Positions 50,681-61,639 of a DNA stretch of 64,000 nucleotides are shown in pieces. The notes below the pieces were generated by a model that saw nothing but the letters and a program-made list of their open reading frames with translations, had not been told where the DNA came from and did no database searches. Made by a program: the position numbers and the translations under genes. Every line of letters starts with the position of its first letter. Positions within the stretch are counted from its first letter, which is position 1. The DNA comes from Candidatus Oxydemutatoraceae bacterium (GTDB taxonomy: Bacteria > Pseudomonadota > Gammaproteobacteria > Poriferisulfidales > Oxydemutatoraceae): NCBI GenBank assembly GCA_965219575.1, contig OZ244779.1:716769-780768 (forward strand), read 5' to 3'.

Positions 50681-51811
50681 TCATATATTGAGGTCAAATT
50701 TATTCAAGAACTTCTTGATGCCGTCTAACCAGTTTTCCGAGCGAGGTGAGTGTTCGGCACCCGATAACGAACCGTTGAGCTCTTCTAATAATTCTATTTG
50801 ACGAGATGTTAGGTTAATCGGTGTTTCTACATTTATACGACAAATCAAGTCGCCGCTACCACCGCCGCGTAAATGTTTAATCCCTTTTCCTCTCATTCTA
50901 AAGTTCTTTCCACTTTGTGTGCCTTTGGGTATCTTGAGTTTAAGTCTTCCTCCCAGAGACGGTATTTCTATCTCGCCACCTAAGGCAGCGGTAGGAAAAG
51001 AGACGGGAACTTCAATAAACAAATTACCGTTGCGACGTTTGAATACTTCGTGCGGGCGTATTCGTGTCCGTATAAATAAATCGCCGGGAGATCCGCCGCC
51101 CATGCCTGCTTCTCCTTCGCCCGACAATCTTACACTATCACCGTCGTCTATTCCTGCGGGCACTTTAACCGACAGCGTTCTGGATACTTCTATTCGTCCT
51201 TGCCCATGACATTTTATACATGGGTCGGCTATTATTTGACCGCGCCCTCCGCAAGTCGGACAAGTTTGTTGGAACGATATAAAACCTTGTTGCATATTAA
51301 TCCGACCGCTACCACGACAGGTCCCACAGGTTTTTAAGCCGCTACCGGGTTCTGCGCCTGTGCCGTCGCAACGGTCACAGGCCTGCATGCTTTTTATTCT
51401 GATTTTTTTCTCCGTGCCGTAAGCACTCTCTTCAAGCGTTAAATCAAGCGCGTACTCAAGATCGTTGCCGCGATATGCGGTGCTACCGCCACCACGTTGC
51501 CCGAACGAGGTGCCGCCGCCGAAGAAATTTTCAAATATATCACCGAATATATCTTGGTAATTACCGCTTCCGCTTGCTGCACCACTATTGCCTAAACCTG
51601 CATGCCCGAATTGATCATACGCAGCGCGCTTTTGGTCGTCCGAAAGGACATCATAAGCTGCTTTAATTTCTTTGAATTTCTGTTCGGCTTTTTTGTCGTC
51701 TTTGTTACGATCGGGGTGGTATTTCATCGCCAAACGGCGGTACGCTTTCCGTATTTCATCAACATCGGCTTGTCGAGAGACACCCAGTGTTTCGTAATAT
51801 TCTTTTGCCAT
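50681..51811 (-). CDS. dnaJ: Chaperone DnaJ
   Basis: J domain HPD, G/F region, four CxxCxGxG repeats. Confidence 0.98.
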   Translation of the reverse strand: MAKEYYETLGVSRQADVDEIRKAYRRLAMKYHPDRNKDDKKAEQKFKEIKAAYDVLSDDQKRAAYDQFGHAGLGNSGAASGSGNYQDIFGDIFENFFGGGTSFGQRGGGSTAYRGNDLEYALDLTLEESAYGTEKKIRIKSMQACDRCDGTGAEPGSGLKTCGTCRGSGRINMQQGFISFQQTCPTCGGRGQIIADPCIKCHGQGRIEVSRTLSVKVPAGIDDGDSVRLSGEGEAGMGGGSPGDLFIRTRIRPHEVFKRRNGNLFIEVPVSFPTAALGGEIEIPSLGGRLKLKIPKGTQSGKNFRMRGKGIKHLRGGGSGDLICRINVETPINLTSRQIELLEELNGSLSGAEHSPRSENWLDGIKKFLNKFDLNI

Positions 51812-51896
51812 CAACTTGCTCCCGTTTAACCCGTCTGCTTAATCAAAAACCGAGCAGGTTCAAAACGGTGGGGATGTTTGATATCTGCAAGCGGCT

Positions 51897-53843
51897 TTAT
51901 TTTTTGGAGTTGTCAACTTCCTCAAATTCGGCATCTACCGTATTATCGGATTTTTTATTCGAGTCATCCGATGAGTTGTCCGATTCGGCTTGAGACACGG
52001 GTTCTTCGGTTTGTTTTTCTTGTTGTGCCGCATAGACTCGCTCGGCAAGTTTGCCCGATGCTTCGGCAAGTTTTTGTATGCCGTCATCAATCGCGGCCTT
52101 GTCGTCATTTTTAACGAGTTCTTTTAATTCACTTATTGCACTTTCTATGCGCTCTTTTTCGCCTGCCTCAACTTTGTCTCCCAGTTCTTTAATGGATTTC
52201 TCGGTCGCGTGTATCAGTGCCTCGGCTTGGTTGCGCGTGCCGACGAGTTCTTGGAATTTTTTATCTTCCTCTGCGTGTAGTTCGGCATCGCTAACCATTT
52301 TTTCAATCTCTTCGTCGGACAGACCGCTCGATGCTTTAACGATTATAGATTGTTCTTTTCCGGTCGCTTTATCTTTGGCCGAGACATTGAGTATTCCGTT
52401 GGCATCTATGTCAAAGCTGACTTCTATTTGTGGAATGCCTCTAGGTGCCGGTGGTATATCGGTCAAATCAAAACGACCGAGCGATTTATTTGCCGCAGCG
52501 CGTTCGCGCTCACCTTGCAATACATGTACGGTTACTGCCGATTGTTGGTCTTCGGCGGTCGAGAAAATCTGCGAGGCACTTGTCGGGATCGTGGTATTTT
52601 TTTCGATCAGTTTGGTCATCACGCCACCCAGTGTTTCAATACCCAAGGATAGCGGTGTTACATCGAGCAACAACACATCTTTAACGCCGCCGCCCAGAAC
52701 GCCGCCTTGTATCGCAGCTCCTATAGCAACCGCCTCATCGGGGTTGACATCTTTGCGCGGTTCGGCAGCGAAGAAATCGGCAACATATTTTTGTACCAAC
52801 GGCATACGGGTTTGCCCACCGACTAAAATCACATCGCTGATGTCCGATGCTTTGACTTTGGCATCGCTTAGGGCTTGTTTGCACGGTTCTATGGTTCGCT
52901 TTACTAAATCTTCTACTAGGGATTCGAGTTTGGCACGAGTCAATTTCATATTGAGGTGCTTCGGTCCGGATTGATCGGCAGTGATATAGGGCAGATTGAT
53001 TTCGGTCTGTTGGCTCGATGATAGTTCTACTTTTGCTTTTTCGGCAGCTTCTTTGAGACGCTGCAGAGCCAGTGGATCGTTATGCAAATCTATGCCTTGA
53101 TCCTTTTTGAACTCGTCGGCTAAATACTCCATCAAACGGGTGTCGAAATCTTCTCCACCCAAAAAAGTATCGCCGTTGGTAGAAAGCACTTCAAATTGTT
53201 GTTCGCCCTCGACGCTGGCGACTTCGATGACGGAGATATCGAAGGTGCCGCCGCCTAAGTCAAAGACGACTATTTTGTGGTCGCCGGCTTTTGCTTTGTC
53301 GAGACCGTAAGCGAGGGCTGCCGCAGTCGGTTCGTTGATGATACGCTTCACCTCCAAGCCTGCAATTTTGCCGGCATCTTTGGTCGCTTGTCGTTGCGAA
53401 TCGTTAAAATACGCAGGAACCGTGATTACCGCTTCCTTTACTTCTTCCCCCAAGTAATCTTCGGCGGTTTTTTTCATTTTCATCAAAATACGAGCCGATA
53501 CTTCCGGCGGGGCCATTTGCTTGCCGCCGGCATCAACCCAAGCATCGTTATTTTTTGATTTGACGATTTTATAAGGAACCATTTTTAGGTCTTTTTTAAC
53601 GGCTTCTTCGTTGTAGCGACGTCCGATTAGCCGTTTGATTGCAAATAGCGTATTCGACGGGTTCGTGACCGCTTGCCGTTTTGCGGATTGCCCTACTAAA
53701 ACTTCGCCTTCTTTAGAAAAAGCAACGATTGAAGGGGTGGTGCGACCACCTTCGCTATTTTCTATGATTTTTGCACTTTCGCCTTCCATGACTGCAACAC
53801 ACGAATTGGTTGTGCCTAAGTCAATACCTATAATTTTACTCAT
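51897..53843 (-). CDS. dnaK: Chaperone DnaK
   Basis: [26 protein letters not shown]-terminal DAEFEEV. Confidence 0.99.
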   Translation of the reverse strand: MSKIIGIDLGTTNSCVAVMEGESAKIIENSEGGRTTPSIVAFSKEGEVLVGQSAKRQAVTNPSNTLFAIKRLIGRRYNEEAVKKDLKMVPYKIVKSKNNDAWVDAGGKQMAPPEVSARILMKMKKTAEDYLGEEVKEAVITVPAYFNDSQRQATKDAGKIAGLEVKRIINEPTAAALAYGLDKAKAGDHKIVVFDLGGGTFDISVIEVASVEGEQQFEVLSTNGDTFLGGEDFDTRLMEYLADEFKKDQGIDLHNDPLALQRLKEAAEKAKVELSSSQQTEINLPYITADQSGPKHLNMKLTRAKLESLVEDLVKRTIEPCKQALSDAKVKASDISDVILVGGQTRMPLVQKYVADFFAAEPRKDVNPDEAVAIGAAIQGGVLGGGVKDVLLLDVTPLSLGIETLGGVMTKLIEKNTTIPTSASQIFSTAEDQQSAVTVHVLQGERERAAANKSLGRFDLTDIPPAPRGIPQIEVSFDIDANGILNVSAKDKATGKEQSIIVKASSGLSDEEIEKMVSDAELHAEEDKKFQELVGTRNQAEALIHATEKSIKELGDKVEAGEKERIESAISELKELVKNDDKAAIDDGIQKLAEASGKLAERVYAAQQEKQTEEPVSQAESDNSSDDSNKKSDNTVDAEFEEVDNSKK

Positions 53844-53877
53844 GTTCGCTTTTCTCCATATTGAATAATGAACCTAA

Positions 53878-53903
53878 ATATGGGCTTAAATGAAACTTTC
53901 AAG
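53878..53903 (-). promoter_or_regulatory. Sigma-32 promoter of dnaK
   Basis: Minus strand CTTGAAA-GTTTCATTTAAG-CCCATAT. Confidence 0.75.
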
Positions 53904-53904
53904 G

Positions 53905-54615
53905 TTACGAGCTTGTTTTAACTTTGTTTTTATTATTTTTTACCGTGTTTTCTGCTTTTTCCTCGGATTGTTTCTCCGAAATCGGATTTTCCGAGGGTGC
54001 CGATACTTCGGGTTGATTGGAGACGCAGACCATCGCCGGTCTCAACAGGCGGTCGTTCATTAAGTAGCCTTTCTGTAACACATTTAATATCGTATTGGGT
54101 GGTTTAGTCGTATCGGTCTGCGTCATCATGGCTTGGTGGTGTTCCGGATTAAAAATCTCTCCCTCGGGATTAATTTCTTTGATTCCGAATTTTTCAAAAG
54201 TCTGTCGGAGTAGTTTTAATGTCAACTCTATACCTTCGTGTAGTTTTTTGGCATCTTCCTTGATATTGACCTGCAAACCCATTTCCAAACTATCTTTGAT
54301 TGCTAGTAGTTCGACTGCGAATTGCTCGTTGGCATAATTACGTATTTGTGTAATTTCTCGTTCCGTGCGTTTCTTGAAATTTTCTAATTCGGCGCGACTA
54401 CGCATTAATTGGTCATAATATTCCGCTATTTGACCTTCCAGTTTCTTTATTTCGGCAGTGAAATCGGGTTCGGGTTGGGTCAGTGTCTCCGGGTTTTGTT
54501 GTTTTTTTAGATCTGCACCTTTCTGTGGTTGCTTGTGCGGATCAGCTTCGTCGGAATTGTTCGCCTCAGGTTGATCGCCGACCTGTTCACCAGAGGATGA
54601 TTTTGTGTCTTCCAT
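53905..54615 (-). CDS. grpE: Nucleotide exchange factor GrpE
   Basis: RAELENFKKR, FNPEHHQAM, QKGYLMNDRLLRPAMV. Confidence 0.97.
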   Translation of the reverse strand: MEDTKSSSGEQVGDQPEANNSDEADPHKQPQKGADLKKQQNPETLTQPEPDFTAEIKKLEGQIAEYYDQLMRSRAELENFKKRTEREITQIRNYANEQFAVELLAIKDSLEMGLQVNIKEDAKKLHEGIELTLKLLRQTFEKFGIKEINPEGEIFNPEHHQAMMTQTDTTKPPNTILNVLQKGYLMNDRLLRPAMVCVSNQPEVSAPSENPISEKQSEEKAENTVKNNKNKVKTSS

Positions 54616-54658
54616 TTATGTGGTTCCTTTTTGATATTAACGATGTTTGCCTACTACT

Positions 54659-54684
54659 ATATAGGTGGTTTTGTTGCTTTCAAG
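54659..54684 (-). promoter_or_regulatory. Probable sigma-32 promoter of grpE
   Basis: Minus strand CTTGAAA-GCAACAAAACCA-CCTATAT. Confidence 0.6.
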
Positions 54685-54726
54685 TTGAATATTAAAGATT
54701 GTTTTCAAAGGTAATGTATCGTGTAA

Positions 54727-55470
54727 CTATTGTGGGGTGTCTGTGGCGTAGTTTTGCATAGCTTTTTCCAAATCGGATTTATACAGAGGCCAGTATTTTT
54801 GGAAGAATTCATACTCGTCGGCCAGTTCGGAGCATCGTTGGTCTATTGTTAATTTTGCATTCGGATATTTAGAATATATTTCATAACTGGATGCCTTCTC
54901 TTCAGGGCGCATATTTTTTTTGGCGGTGATACTTTGAAATGTTTCTAAAAGTCCGGGGCAATCTATTTTTGTCTCCAGTTCTTTTATATCTTCCGCTAGA
55001 TTTTCGTATCTGATTAAGAAATCGGCTAATATATCTCCATTTTCATGCAAACCACATAATTTTTCTAATATTTGTTTATCTTCAATAACAACTTCCTCAA
55101 AATTTTTATTGAGTGGTTTTTTTCTCTTTTCCTGAAGTCTATGTTTTTTGAAATAATAAAACGAAATATACGCATCGTAAGGACAGCGAATAGTAGCTAT
55201 TTTCAAGTAACTATCCCAAACATCTTTTGGTATAAGTTTTCTCACCGTTGACCCTTCAATATGGGCAGCTTGTTTAGGTTCTGATATTATATTTTTATAA
55301 TTCTGCGCGCCACGGTAGTATCCCATCGATTTCCATAGCCTCCCTTCGGGGTATATAGGGGTAAGAATGTCGTCCGGCCCGCAGTATTTTGAAAGTGCAA
55401 TTTCAAAAGATGAACCGGCAACTTTGACTAGTTTTATATATATTACTTTTGTTTTATGAGATATAATCAC
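54727..55470 (-). CDS. Sulfotransferase family protein, paralog 3
   Basis: IISHK..KVAGSSFE..YCGPDDILTP, IRCPYDAYISFYY, IRYENLAED; GTG start. Confidence 0.75.
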   Translation of the reverse strand: MIISHKTKVIYIKLVKVAGSSFEIALSKYCGPDDILTPIYPEGRLWKSMGYYRGAQNYKNIISEPKQAAHIEGSTVRKLIPKDVWDSYLKIATIRCPYDAYISFYYFKKHRLQEKRKKPLNKNFEEVVIEDKQILEKLCGLHENGDILADFLIRYENLAEDIKELETKIDCPGLLETFQSITAKKNMRPEEKASSYEIYSKYPNAKLTIDQRCSELADEYEFFQKYWPLYKSDLEKAMQNYATDTPQ

Positions 55471-55522
55471 TTGAAATTAGAACTTAATCAATAGCTTAAG
55501 TATAACAAGCATGTAGCTATTT

Positions 55523-56578
55523 GTGAAAAACTACTTCTACCTTATTTATAAATACAGCATGATACTTGGGAGGGAAATGACATATCTCTGGAGAAAGCTG
55601 AAATTCAGAATACTTACTTTTTATTTATTTAGTGTTCTTTATATTAATATTCAGAATTTTCGTAGGCGAAACAGCTGGACCTTTAAGAAGTGGGTGTTAA
55701 AGCATTATAAAAAAAGCAAATTATTAGAGGATGTTTTTGTTTATAGAAAATGTGTCATCATAGAATTCTCGGATTTTGACCGTAGTACTACGGCTTTATT
55801 TCGTTATTCAATCGGTTATGCATGGCTTTGTGAAAAATTTAAAGTAAATTTTGAATTTACTTGTGATAGTAATGCTAAGGGAACAGAAACTTTTTTTGAG
55901 AATTATATCGATGTAGAGCAACATCGCAAAAAACACCCCGAATTTTATAAAATGGAAGCAAATATTTTCGATGAGGGCTTTCGTAAGATAAATATCACTC
56001 GTATCGGAGCATATCTAGTTCCTCCTCAATTCGGTCATAAAATATTATCAAAACTATCAATTAGATCCGACTTTGAGAAACATGCGGATGAGTATATTGA
56101 TCTTAGTACTAACGAGGACTGGGTTGCAGTTCACTTTCGTGGTACCGATATAATATCATGGGACAAAGCATCGTTCAGATACGTGATAACTCTTGAATCT
56201 TATATTGTTTACTTAAAAGAGGTATTAGATAATCACTGCCGTATATTTGCGTGTTCCGATCAAGCACAATTTATAGATAAGATGAATGTTGCATTTCCGG
56301 GCAGGGTGTTCGCAAGAGATATTCAACGATCAATCGATTATGAACCTCTACATAAAAGTAAAAATGATCGTCGGCAGAAAAAAGATGCCTTTATGGATCT
56401 GTTAGTCTTGGCAAGAGCCAAGCTGATATATACAACAGGTTCTGCTTTTGTAGATATAGTAAGATTCTTTAACCCTAAAACTAAAATCGTATCACTAGAC
56501 GGAAGGAAAATGGCGGGGAATAATTACATGCCTATTCCTAAAAAAGATTTATACGATAGTCTTTCTCGTAAAAAATAA
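55523..56578 (+). CDS. Putative fucosyltransferase-like glycosyltransferase, paralog of 10563-11738
   Basis: VAVHFRGTD, IFACSD, DAFMDLLVL..LIYTTGSAF, NYMPIPKKDL. Confidence 0.6.
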   Translation: MKNYFYLIYKYSMILGREMTYLWRKLKFRILTFYLFSVLYINIQNFRRRNSWTFKKWVLKHYKKSKLLEDVFVYRKCVIIEFSDFDRSTTALFRYSIGYAWLCEKFKVNFEFTCDSNAKGTETFFENYIDVEQHRKKHPEFYKMEANIFDEGFRKINITRIGAYLVPPQFGHKILSKLSIRSDFEKHADEYIDLSTNEDWVAVHFRGTDIISWDKASFRYVITLESYIVYLKEVLDNHCRIFACSDQAQFIDKMNVAFPGRVFARDIQRSIDYEPLHKSKNDRRQKKDAFMDLLVLARAKLIYTTGSAFVDIVRFFNPKTKIVSLDGRKMAGNNYMPIPKKDLYDSLSRKK

Positions 56579-56657
56579 TTTCGGTATTTAATCGGCAGTG
56601 AGGCCATATCATCGGAGGATTTACACCGAGCAAATTTATGTAAAGTGATGTCGGTAA

Positions 56658-57389
56658 TTAGGTCTTGGTCAACCGATATGCTTCGATATCTCTCTCTAAT
56701 TTAGATTTATATGGAGGCCAGTATTTTTGGAAGAATTCATACTCGTCGGCCAGTTCGGAACATCGCTGGTCTATTATTAATTTTGCATTTGGATATTTAG
56801 AATACATTTCACAACTGGATGCTTTCTCTTTAAAACGTAAATTTTTTTTGGCAGTGATACTTTGAAATGTCTCTAGAAGTCCGAGGCAATCTATTTTGGC
56901 CTCTAGCTTTTTGATATCTTCCTCTAGGTGTTCGTATCTGATCAAGAAATCTGCTAGTATCTCTCCATCTTGGTGCAAACCACGTATTACATTGAAGCAT
57001 GGATTAGTTATAGTTAAGTATTTTTCGAAGGCTCCTTTTTTTGCTCTTTTTCCCTTACTGTTAAAGAAATAGTACGCCGATATTAACATATCATAAGGGC
57101 AACGAATGGTCGCAACTTTTAGATAATCATTCCAAATAGGTTCCGGTACCAATCTTTTTATTTTTCTTGCCGAAGTATGGTTTACAAACTTGGGTGTTTG
57201 CGTTTCGGGATCCATATAATTTTGTGCTTCAAGCAATCCTAAACGTCCTCGATATTTTTTACCGTCTCCTTTTATCGGTGTGAGAATGTCGTCGGGACCA
57301 CAGTATTTCGATAAGGCCAGTTCAAACGATGTGCCGGCAACTTTGACTAGTTTTATATAAATAACTTTTAGTTTGTGTGAAATAATCAT
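56658..57389 (-). CDS. Sulfotransferase family protein, paralog 4
   Basis: MIISHK..KVAGTSFE..YCGPDDILTP, IRCPYDMLISAYY; start moved to MIISHK (57389). Confidence 0.75.
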   Translation of the reverse strand: MIISHKLKVIYIKLVKVAGTSFELALSKYCGPDDILTPIKGDGKKYRGRLGLLEAQNYMDPETQTPKFVNHTSARKIKRLVPEPIWNDYLKVATIRCPYDMLISAYYFFNSKGKRAKKGAFEKYLTITNPCFNVIRGLHQDGEILADFLIRYEHLEEDIKKLEAKIDCLGLLETFQSITAKKNLRFKEKASSCEMYSKYPNAKLIIDQRCSELADEYEFFQKYWPPYKSKLERDIEAYRLTKT

Positions 57390-57412
57390 TCGTACAATTA
57401 TTCTATAAACTA

Positions 57413-58603
57413 TCAACTTCTGCACAATAGGATACGACAAAAATTACGCTTGCCGACTTGATATATATGTTCGGTTCCTACCTTAATCTGTACATCTCTG
57501 GATATTACTTTGACCCCGTCTATACGCACGGCACCTTGTGCAATCATGCGATTAGCTTCGGATGTAGAGCGCATCATAGACGATTCTTTTAATAATTTTG
57601 GGAGGGTCAAGCTGTCGCTGTCGACATGAACTTTGCAATGTTCAATATCGTCCGGTATTTGTCCGTGGCTGAAGCGCGCAAGAAAATCGGTTTTGGCATC
57701 AACGGCGGTAGCTTTGTCGTGAAAACGAGCAACGATTTCCTCGGCTAGCGTCATTTTAATATCTCTCGGATTTACTCCGTCGGCTACCGATTTCTTCAAA
57801 TCGTCAATTTCCGTTTTAGACTTAAAGCTCAATAGTTCAAAATAACGCCACATTAATTGATCCGAGACCGACATCAGTTTCCCGTACATTTCTTTGTGCG
57901 ATTCGGCAATACCGATATAGTTATTGAGCGACTTGGACATTTTCTGTTTACCGTCCAACCCCTCTAGAATGGGCATCGTCATGACAATCTGCGGTGCGAG
58001 TTCCCAGTCTTTTTGTAGCTCCCTGCCTACCAGTAGATTGAATTTTTGATCGGTGCCGCCGAGTTCTATATCGGCTTTCAATTCAACCGAGTCGTAGCCT
58101 TGAAATAGCGGGTACAAAAACTCGTGGATGCCTATAGCGTGTTCTTTGCTATAACGTTTTTTGAAGTCGTCGCGCTCCATCATCCGAGCGACCGTATGTT
58201 TGGCCGATAGTTTGACTATCTCCGCCGCCGATAACTTCCCGAGCCATCGAGAATTGAAAAGAATTTCTGTTTTGTCGGGATCGAGTATCTTATAGATCTG
58301 CTTTTTATAACTCTCTGCGTTTTCTTTAATCTGCTCCGCGGACATAGGTTTTCGGGTTACATTCCTGCCCGACGGATCGCCGATTAGCGCAGTGAAATCT
58401 CCGACGAGGAACTTTACGATATGTCCGTGTTTTTGGAAATAGCGTAGCTTATTGATTAGCACGGTATGTCCCAAGTGTAAATCGGGCGCAGTCGGATCAA
58501 AACCAGCTTTTACGATTAAAGGTCTGTTAAGTTTAAGACGTTGTTTTAGTTCCTCGAGGGATATGATTTCCTCGATGCCGCGTAATAATTCTTTAATATC
58601 CAT
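57413..58603 (-). CDS. tyrS: Tyrosine--tRNA ligase
   Basis: [29 protein letters not shown]-terminal S4 domain. Confidence 0.98.
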   Translation of the reverse strand: MDIKELLRGIEEIISLEELKQRLKLNRPLIVKAGFDPTAPDLHLGHTVLINKLRYFQKHGHIVKFLVGDFTALIGDPSGRNVTRKPMSAEQIKENAESYKKQIYKILDPDKTEILFNSRWLGKLSAAEIVKLSAKHTVARMMERDDFKKRYSKEHAIGIHEFLYPLFQGYDSVELKADIELGGTDQKFNLLVGRELQKDWELAPQIVMTMPILEGLDGKQKMSKSLNNYIGIAESHKEMYGKLMSVSDQLMWRYFELLSFKSKTEIDDLKKSVADGVNPRDIKMTLAEEIVARFHDKATAVDAKTDFLARFSHGQIPDDIEHCKVHVDSDSLTLPKLLKESSMMRSTSEANRMIAQGAVRIDGVKVISRDVQIKVGTEHIYQVGKRNFCRILLCRS

Positions 58604-58641
58604 CGTTCTCTGTTATAATCTGAAAAAAATTATTCAGTCTA

Positions 58642-60105
58642 ATGATTAATAAACGAATTCTACAGCATCGGCACCAAAAGGACAAAGGCGCAACGAGGTT
58701 TTTTATTACGCTTACACTATTGTTGTCTCTAACCGTGTTCATACTCGCGATGAATTCATCGGAATCCAATTTTGAGAAGCATGCATTCGTCGCTTTGCTC
58801 GACAATCAATTGGTAGAAGCATTGCCGAACATCATGGGTCCCACACCGGCAATGGGCGGCGGTTTGTCGGATATAGATATAGTAGAATCACCGGCAGACG
58901 AACAAACCGTGTATACTGCAGAACAAGCGAATGACTCTCGGGCTTTGGCATTGGCACAACCCGCCTTGTCGAAATCATCGAAAACACGCACGGAAACCAA
59001 ACCCGATATCGTATATTCACACACCGTTAAAACCGGTGAGACTTTCTCGCACATATTGGAGGAATACGGAAACTACGGCGTGATCAGAAAACTCATGGAA
59101 ACTAACACAAAATTAGGGCCTTTTAATTCTTTGATAGTGGGCCGAAAAATAATATTCACGAAAAAGGGCGAAGTTTTATCGGATATCGATTATCAAATAT
59201 CCCCTCTGCGGAGTTATAAAATTAGCCTACAAAAAGACGGTAGCTATAAAATCGTCGAAGAGATATCGGAAATTGAGAAATTAGAAACACACGCCACCGT
59301 CGAAATTGCCGACTCTTTATACTTATCTGCAAAGCGCATAGGTTTATCCGACAAACTGATTATCTCTATTGCCAACATTATGGAATGGGATATAGACTTT
59401 GCCTACGACATACGCAAAGGCGATCATTTTTCGGTTATTTACTACGAGAATTACGCGAATGGCAAAAAAATAGACGACGGCCCTATACTCGCTTTGCGCT
59501 TCACGAATAACGGCAAAGATTATCGTATCGTTCGTTATACCGACTCCGAGGAATACACCGATTACTATTTTCTTGACGGGAGAAAGGTGCGCAAGGCTTT
59601 TTTGCGCAACCCGCTCGAGTTTGCCTATATCAGCTCGCGTTTCAACCCCAGGCGCATGCACCCCATACTGCATAGAGTACGCGCCCATAAAGGTGTAGAT
59701 TATGCGGCGAGACGAGGAACTCCGGTGCGTGCTTCGGGAGACGGAAGAATTTCTACCCGGCAATTTCATAACGGTTACGGTAATACCGTTGTCCTACAAC
59801 ACGGCGGTGGTTATAGTACGCTTTATGCCCACCTTTCAAAGTTTGCCGATAGGCAACGCATAGGTTCTTGGGTTAAGCAAGGACAGGTTGTCGGTTATGT
59901 GGGTTCAACCGGTGTTTCAACCGGACCGCATCTACATTATGAGTTTAGAGTCAACGGTGTACATAAAAATCCGTTGACCGTAAAATTACCGGATGCCGTA
60001 CCGCTGGCAAAATCGGAAATGCCTCGCTTTAACGAGCATATCGAACCTATTATAGAAAAACTGCATCTTTTAGACGACGCTTATATAGCCGGCAAAAATC
60101 CTTAG
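58642..60105 (+). CDS. M23 family peptidoglycan DD-metalloendopeptidase (MepM-like)
   Basis: LysM/OapA-like region, HKGVDYAA, YAHLS, TGPHLHYEF; in the conserved tyrS/M23-anmK context. Confidence 0.92.
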   Translation: MINKRILQHRHQKDKGATRFFITLTLLLSLTVFILAMNSSESNFEKHAFVALLDNQLVEALPNIMGPTPAMGGGLSDIDIVESPADEQTVYTAEQANDSRALALAQPALSKSSKTRTETKPDIVYSHTVKTGETFSHILEEYGNYGVIRKLMETNTKLGPFNSLIVGRKIIFTKKGEVLSDIDYQISPLRSYKISLQKDGSYKIVEEISEIEKLETHATVEIADSLYLSAKRIGLSDKLIISIANIMEWDIDFAYDIRKGDHFSVIYYENYANGKKIDDGPILALRFTNNGKDYRIVRYTDSEEYTDYYFLDGRKVRKAFLRNPLEFAYISSRFNPRRMHPILHRVRAHKGVDYAARRGTPVRASGDGRISTRQFHNGYGNTVVLQHGGGYSTLYAHLSKFADRQRIGSWVKQGQVVGYVGSTGVSTGPHLHYEFRVNGVHKNPLTVKLPDAVPLAKSEMPRFNEHIEPIIEKLHLLDDAYIAGKNP

Positions 60106-60119
60106 CAGCTGCGGACACT

Positions 60120-61235
60120 TTGACGGTTATGAACGAAGTGTTTATAGGCGCATTGTCCGGTACCAGCATGGATGCGATTGATATCGCTGCGGTTGATTTC
60201 TCTGCCGAGTATCCTTTGTTGTCGGCACATGCGAACTATCCGATTGCCGAAGATTTAATTGCGCATGCAAAAAGTATGCAATCCGATGCGTGTCGTCTAA
60301 GCGAATATGTGCAATTGGATTATAAATTCGGGAAATTATTTGCCGATTGCATCAACGACTTTATAGCTCGCCAAAAACTTCCGAGGCCGGCGATTGTGGC
60401 GATAGGATTGCACGGGCAGACGGTTTTGCACGACACTCGGCATGCATCGCCTTTGACACTGCAGATTGCCGACCCGAATGTTGTCGCCTATCAAACCGGG
60501 GTCACCGTTGTTGCGGATTTTCGGCGAGCCGATATCGCTGCCGGAGGGCAAGGGGCTCCGCTAGCTCCCGCACTGCACGCACAACTATTTGCAGAAATCG
60601 ATAAAAAGCAGGCTGTCGTCAACATAGGTGGGATTGCCAATATCACCGTACTCGACGGCGAGCAGGTAGTCGTCGGTTTTGATACCGGTCCCGGGAATTG
60701 TTTGCTGGATGCTTGGTGTTGGAAACATAACGAGCAAGGTTACGATCAAGACGGTCGATGGGCTGCTGCGCATGTTCCCGACACGAAATTGTTAGAGGCT
60801 ATGTTGACAGATCCTTTTTTTGTTAAGACTCCGCCTAAAAGTACCTGCACAGGTTATTTCTCTCTAGATTGGTTGGAGGGTTATATCAAAAAAAGTGATT
60901 CGCCGAGCCTCGGTGATATCGCTGCAACCCTGACCGAGCTTACTGCGATTACGATTGCCGATTCACTAAAAACATGCATGACCGAAAACGACGAAGTGCT
61001 GGTTTGTGGCGGCGGAGTACACAATAGGCATTTAATGGATTGCCTGCGTAGACATACCCGAATGAATGTCATTAGCACAGCGGATAGGGGTGTCGATCCG
61101 GATTGGGTTGAAGCGATATTGTTTGCGTGGCTTGCCAAGCGGCGCATAGAAAATCGTAGCGGGATCATCTCGGCACTTACGGGGGCGCATGAGGCGACAT
61201 TATCGGGTGCTATTTACCGCACCCGGCAAGCGTAA
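60120..61235 (+). CDS. anmK: Anhydro-N-acetylmuramic acid kinase
   Basis: SGTSMDAID, HGQT, DFRRADIAAGGQGAPL, FDTGPGN, EAILFAWLA. Confidence 0.96.
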   Translation: MTVMNEVFIGALSGTSMDAIDIAAVDFSAEYPLLSAHANYPIAEDLIAHAKSMQSDACRLSEYVQLDYKFGKLFADCINDFIARQKLPRPAIVAIGLHGQTVLHDTRHASPLTLQIADPNVVAYQTGVTVVADFRRADIAAGGQGAPLAPALHAQLFAEIDKKQAVVNIGGIANITVLDGEQVVVGFDTGPGNCLLDAWCWKHNEQGYDQDGRWAAAHVPDTKLLEAMLTDPFFVKTPPKSTCTGYFSLDWLEGYIKKSDSPSLGDIAATLTELTAITIADSLKTCMTENDEVLVCGGGVHNRHLMDCLRRHTRMNVISTADRGVDPDWVEAILFAWLAKRRIENRSGIISALTGAHEATLSGAIYRTRQA

Positions 61236-61243
61236 AATACTAT

Positions 61244-61582
61244 TTAAGCGGGCGAGAAAGACGAACCGCAACCACAGGTCGTTGCCGCATTCGGATTGCG
61301 GATAACGAATTGCGCTCCTTCTAAACCTTCGCTGTAGTCAATTTCCGCACCCCTTAGATATTGGTAGCTCATCGGGTCTACCAGTAAAGTGACACCGCAT
61401 TTTTCGAACGAAGCGTCGCCTTCTTGAAGGTTCTCGTCAAAGGTAAAGCCGTATTGAAAACCGGAGCAACCGCCGCCGGTTATAAAGACACGCAACTTCA
61501 ATTTGTCGTTTTTCTCTTCTTCTATTAAATGCTTTACCTTAGTAGCAGCTGCTTCGGTAAATACTAAATTTTGTTCTGCCAT
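61244..61582 (-). CDS. erpA: Iron-sulfur cluster insertion protein ErpA
   Basis: [31 protein letters not shown]; start moved to MAEQNL. Confidence 0.96.
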   Translation of the reverse strand: MAEQNLVFTEAAATKVKHLIEEEKNDKLKLRVFITGGGCSGFQYGFTFDENLQEGDASFEKCGVTLLVDPMSYQYLRGAEIDYSEGLEGAQFVIRNPNAATTCGCGSSFSPA

Positions 61583-61639
61583 CTCGGATACTCCATATTT
61601 AAGATAGATATAGTAGCACAGAACCGTCACTTGTTGCAT

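Noticed and set aside
52051-52974. 307-aa + strand ORF opposite dnaK
   Set aside because: Antisense shadow of dnaK, a well-known artifact; no independent motifs.
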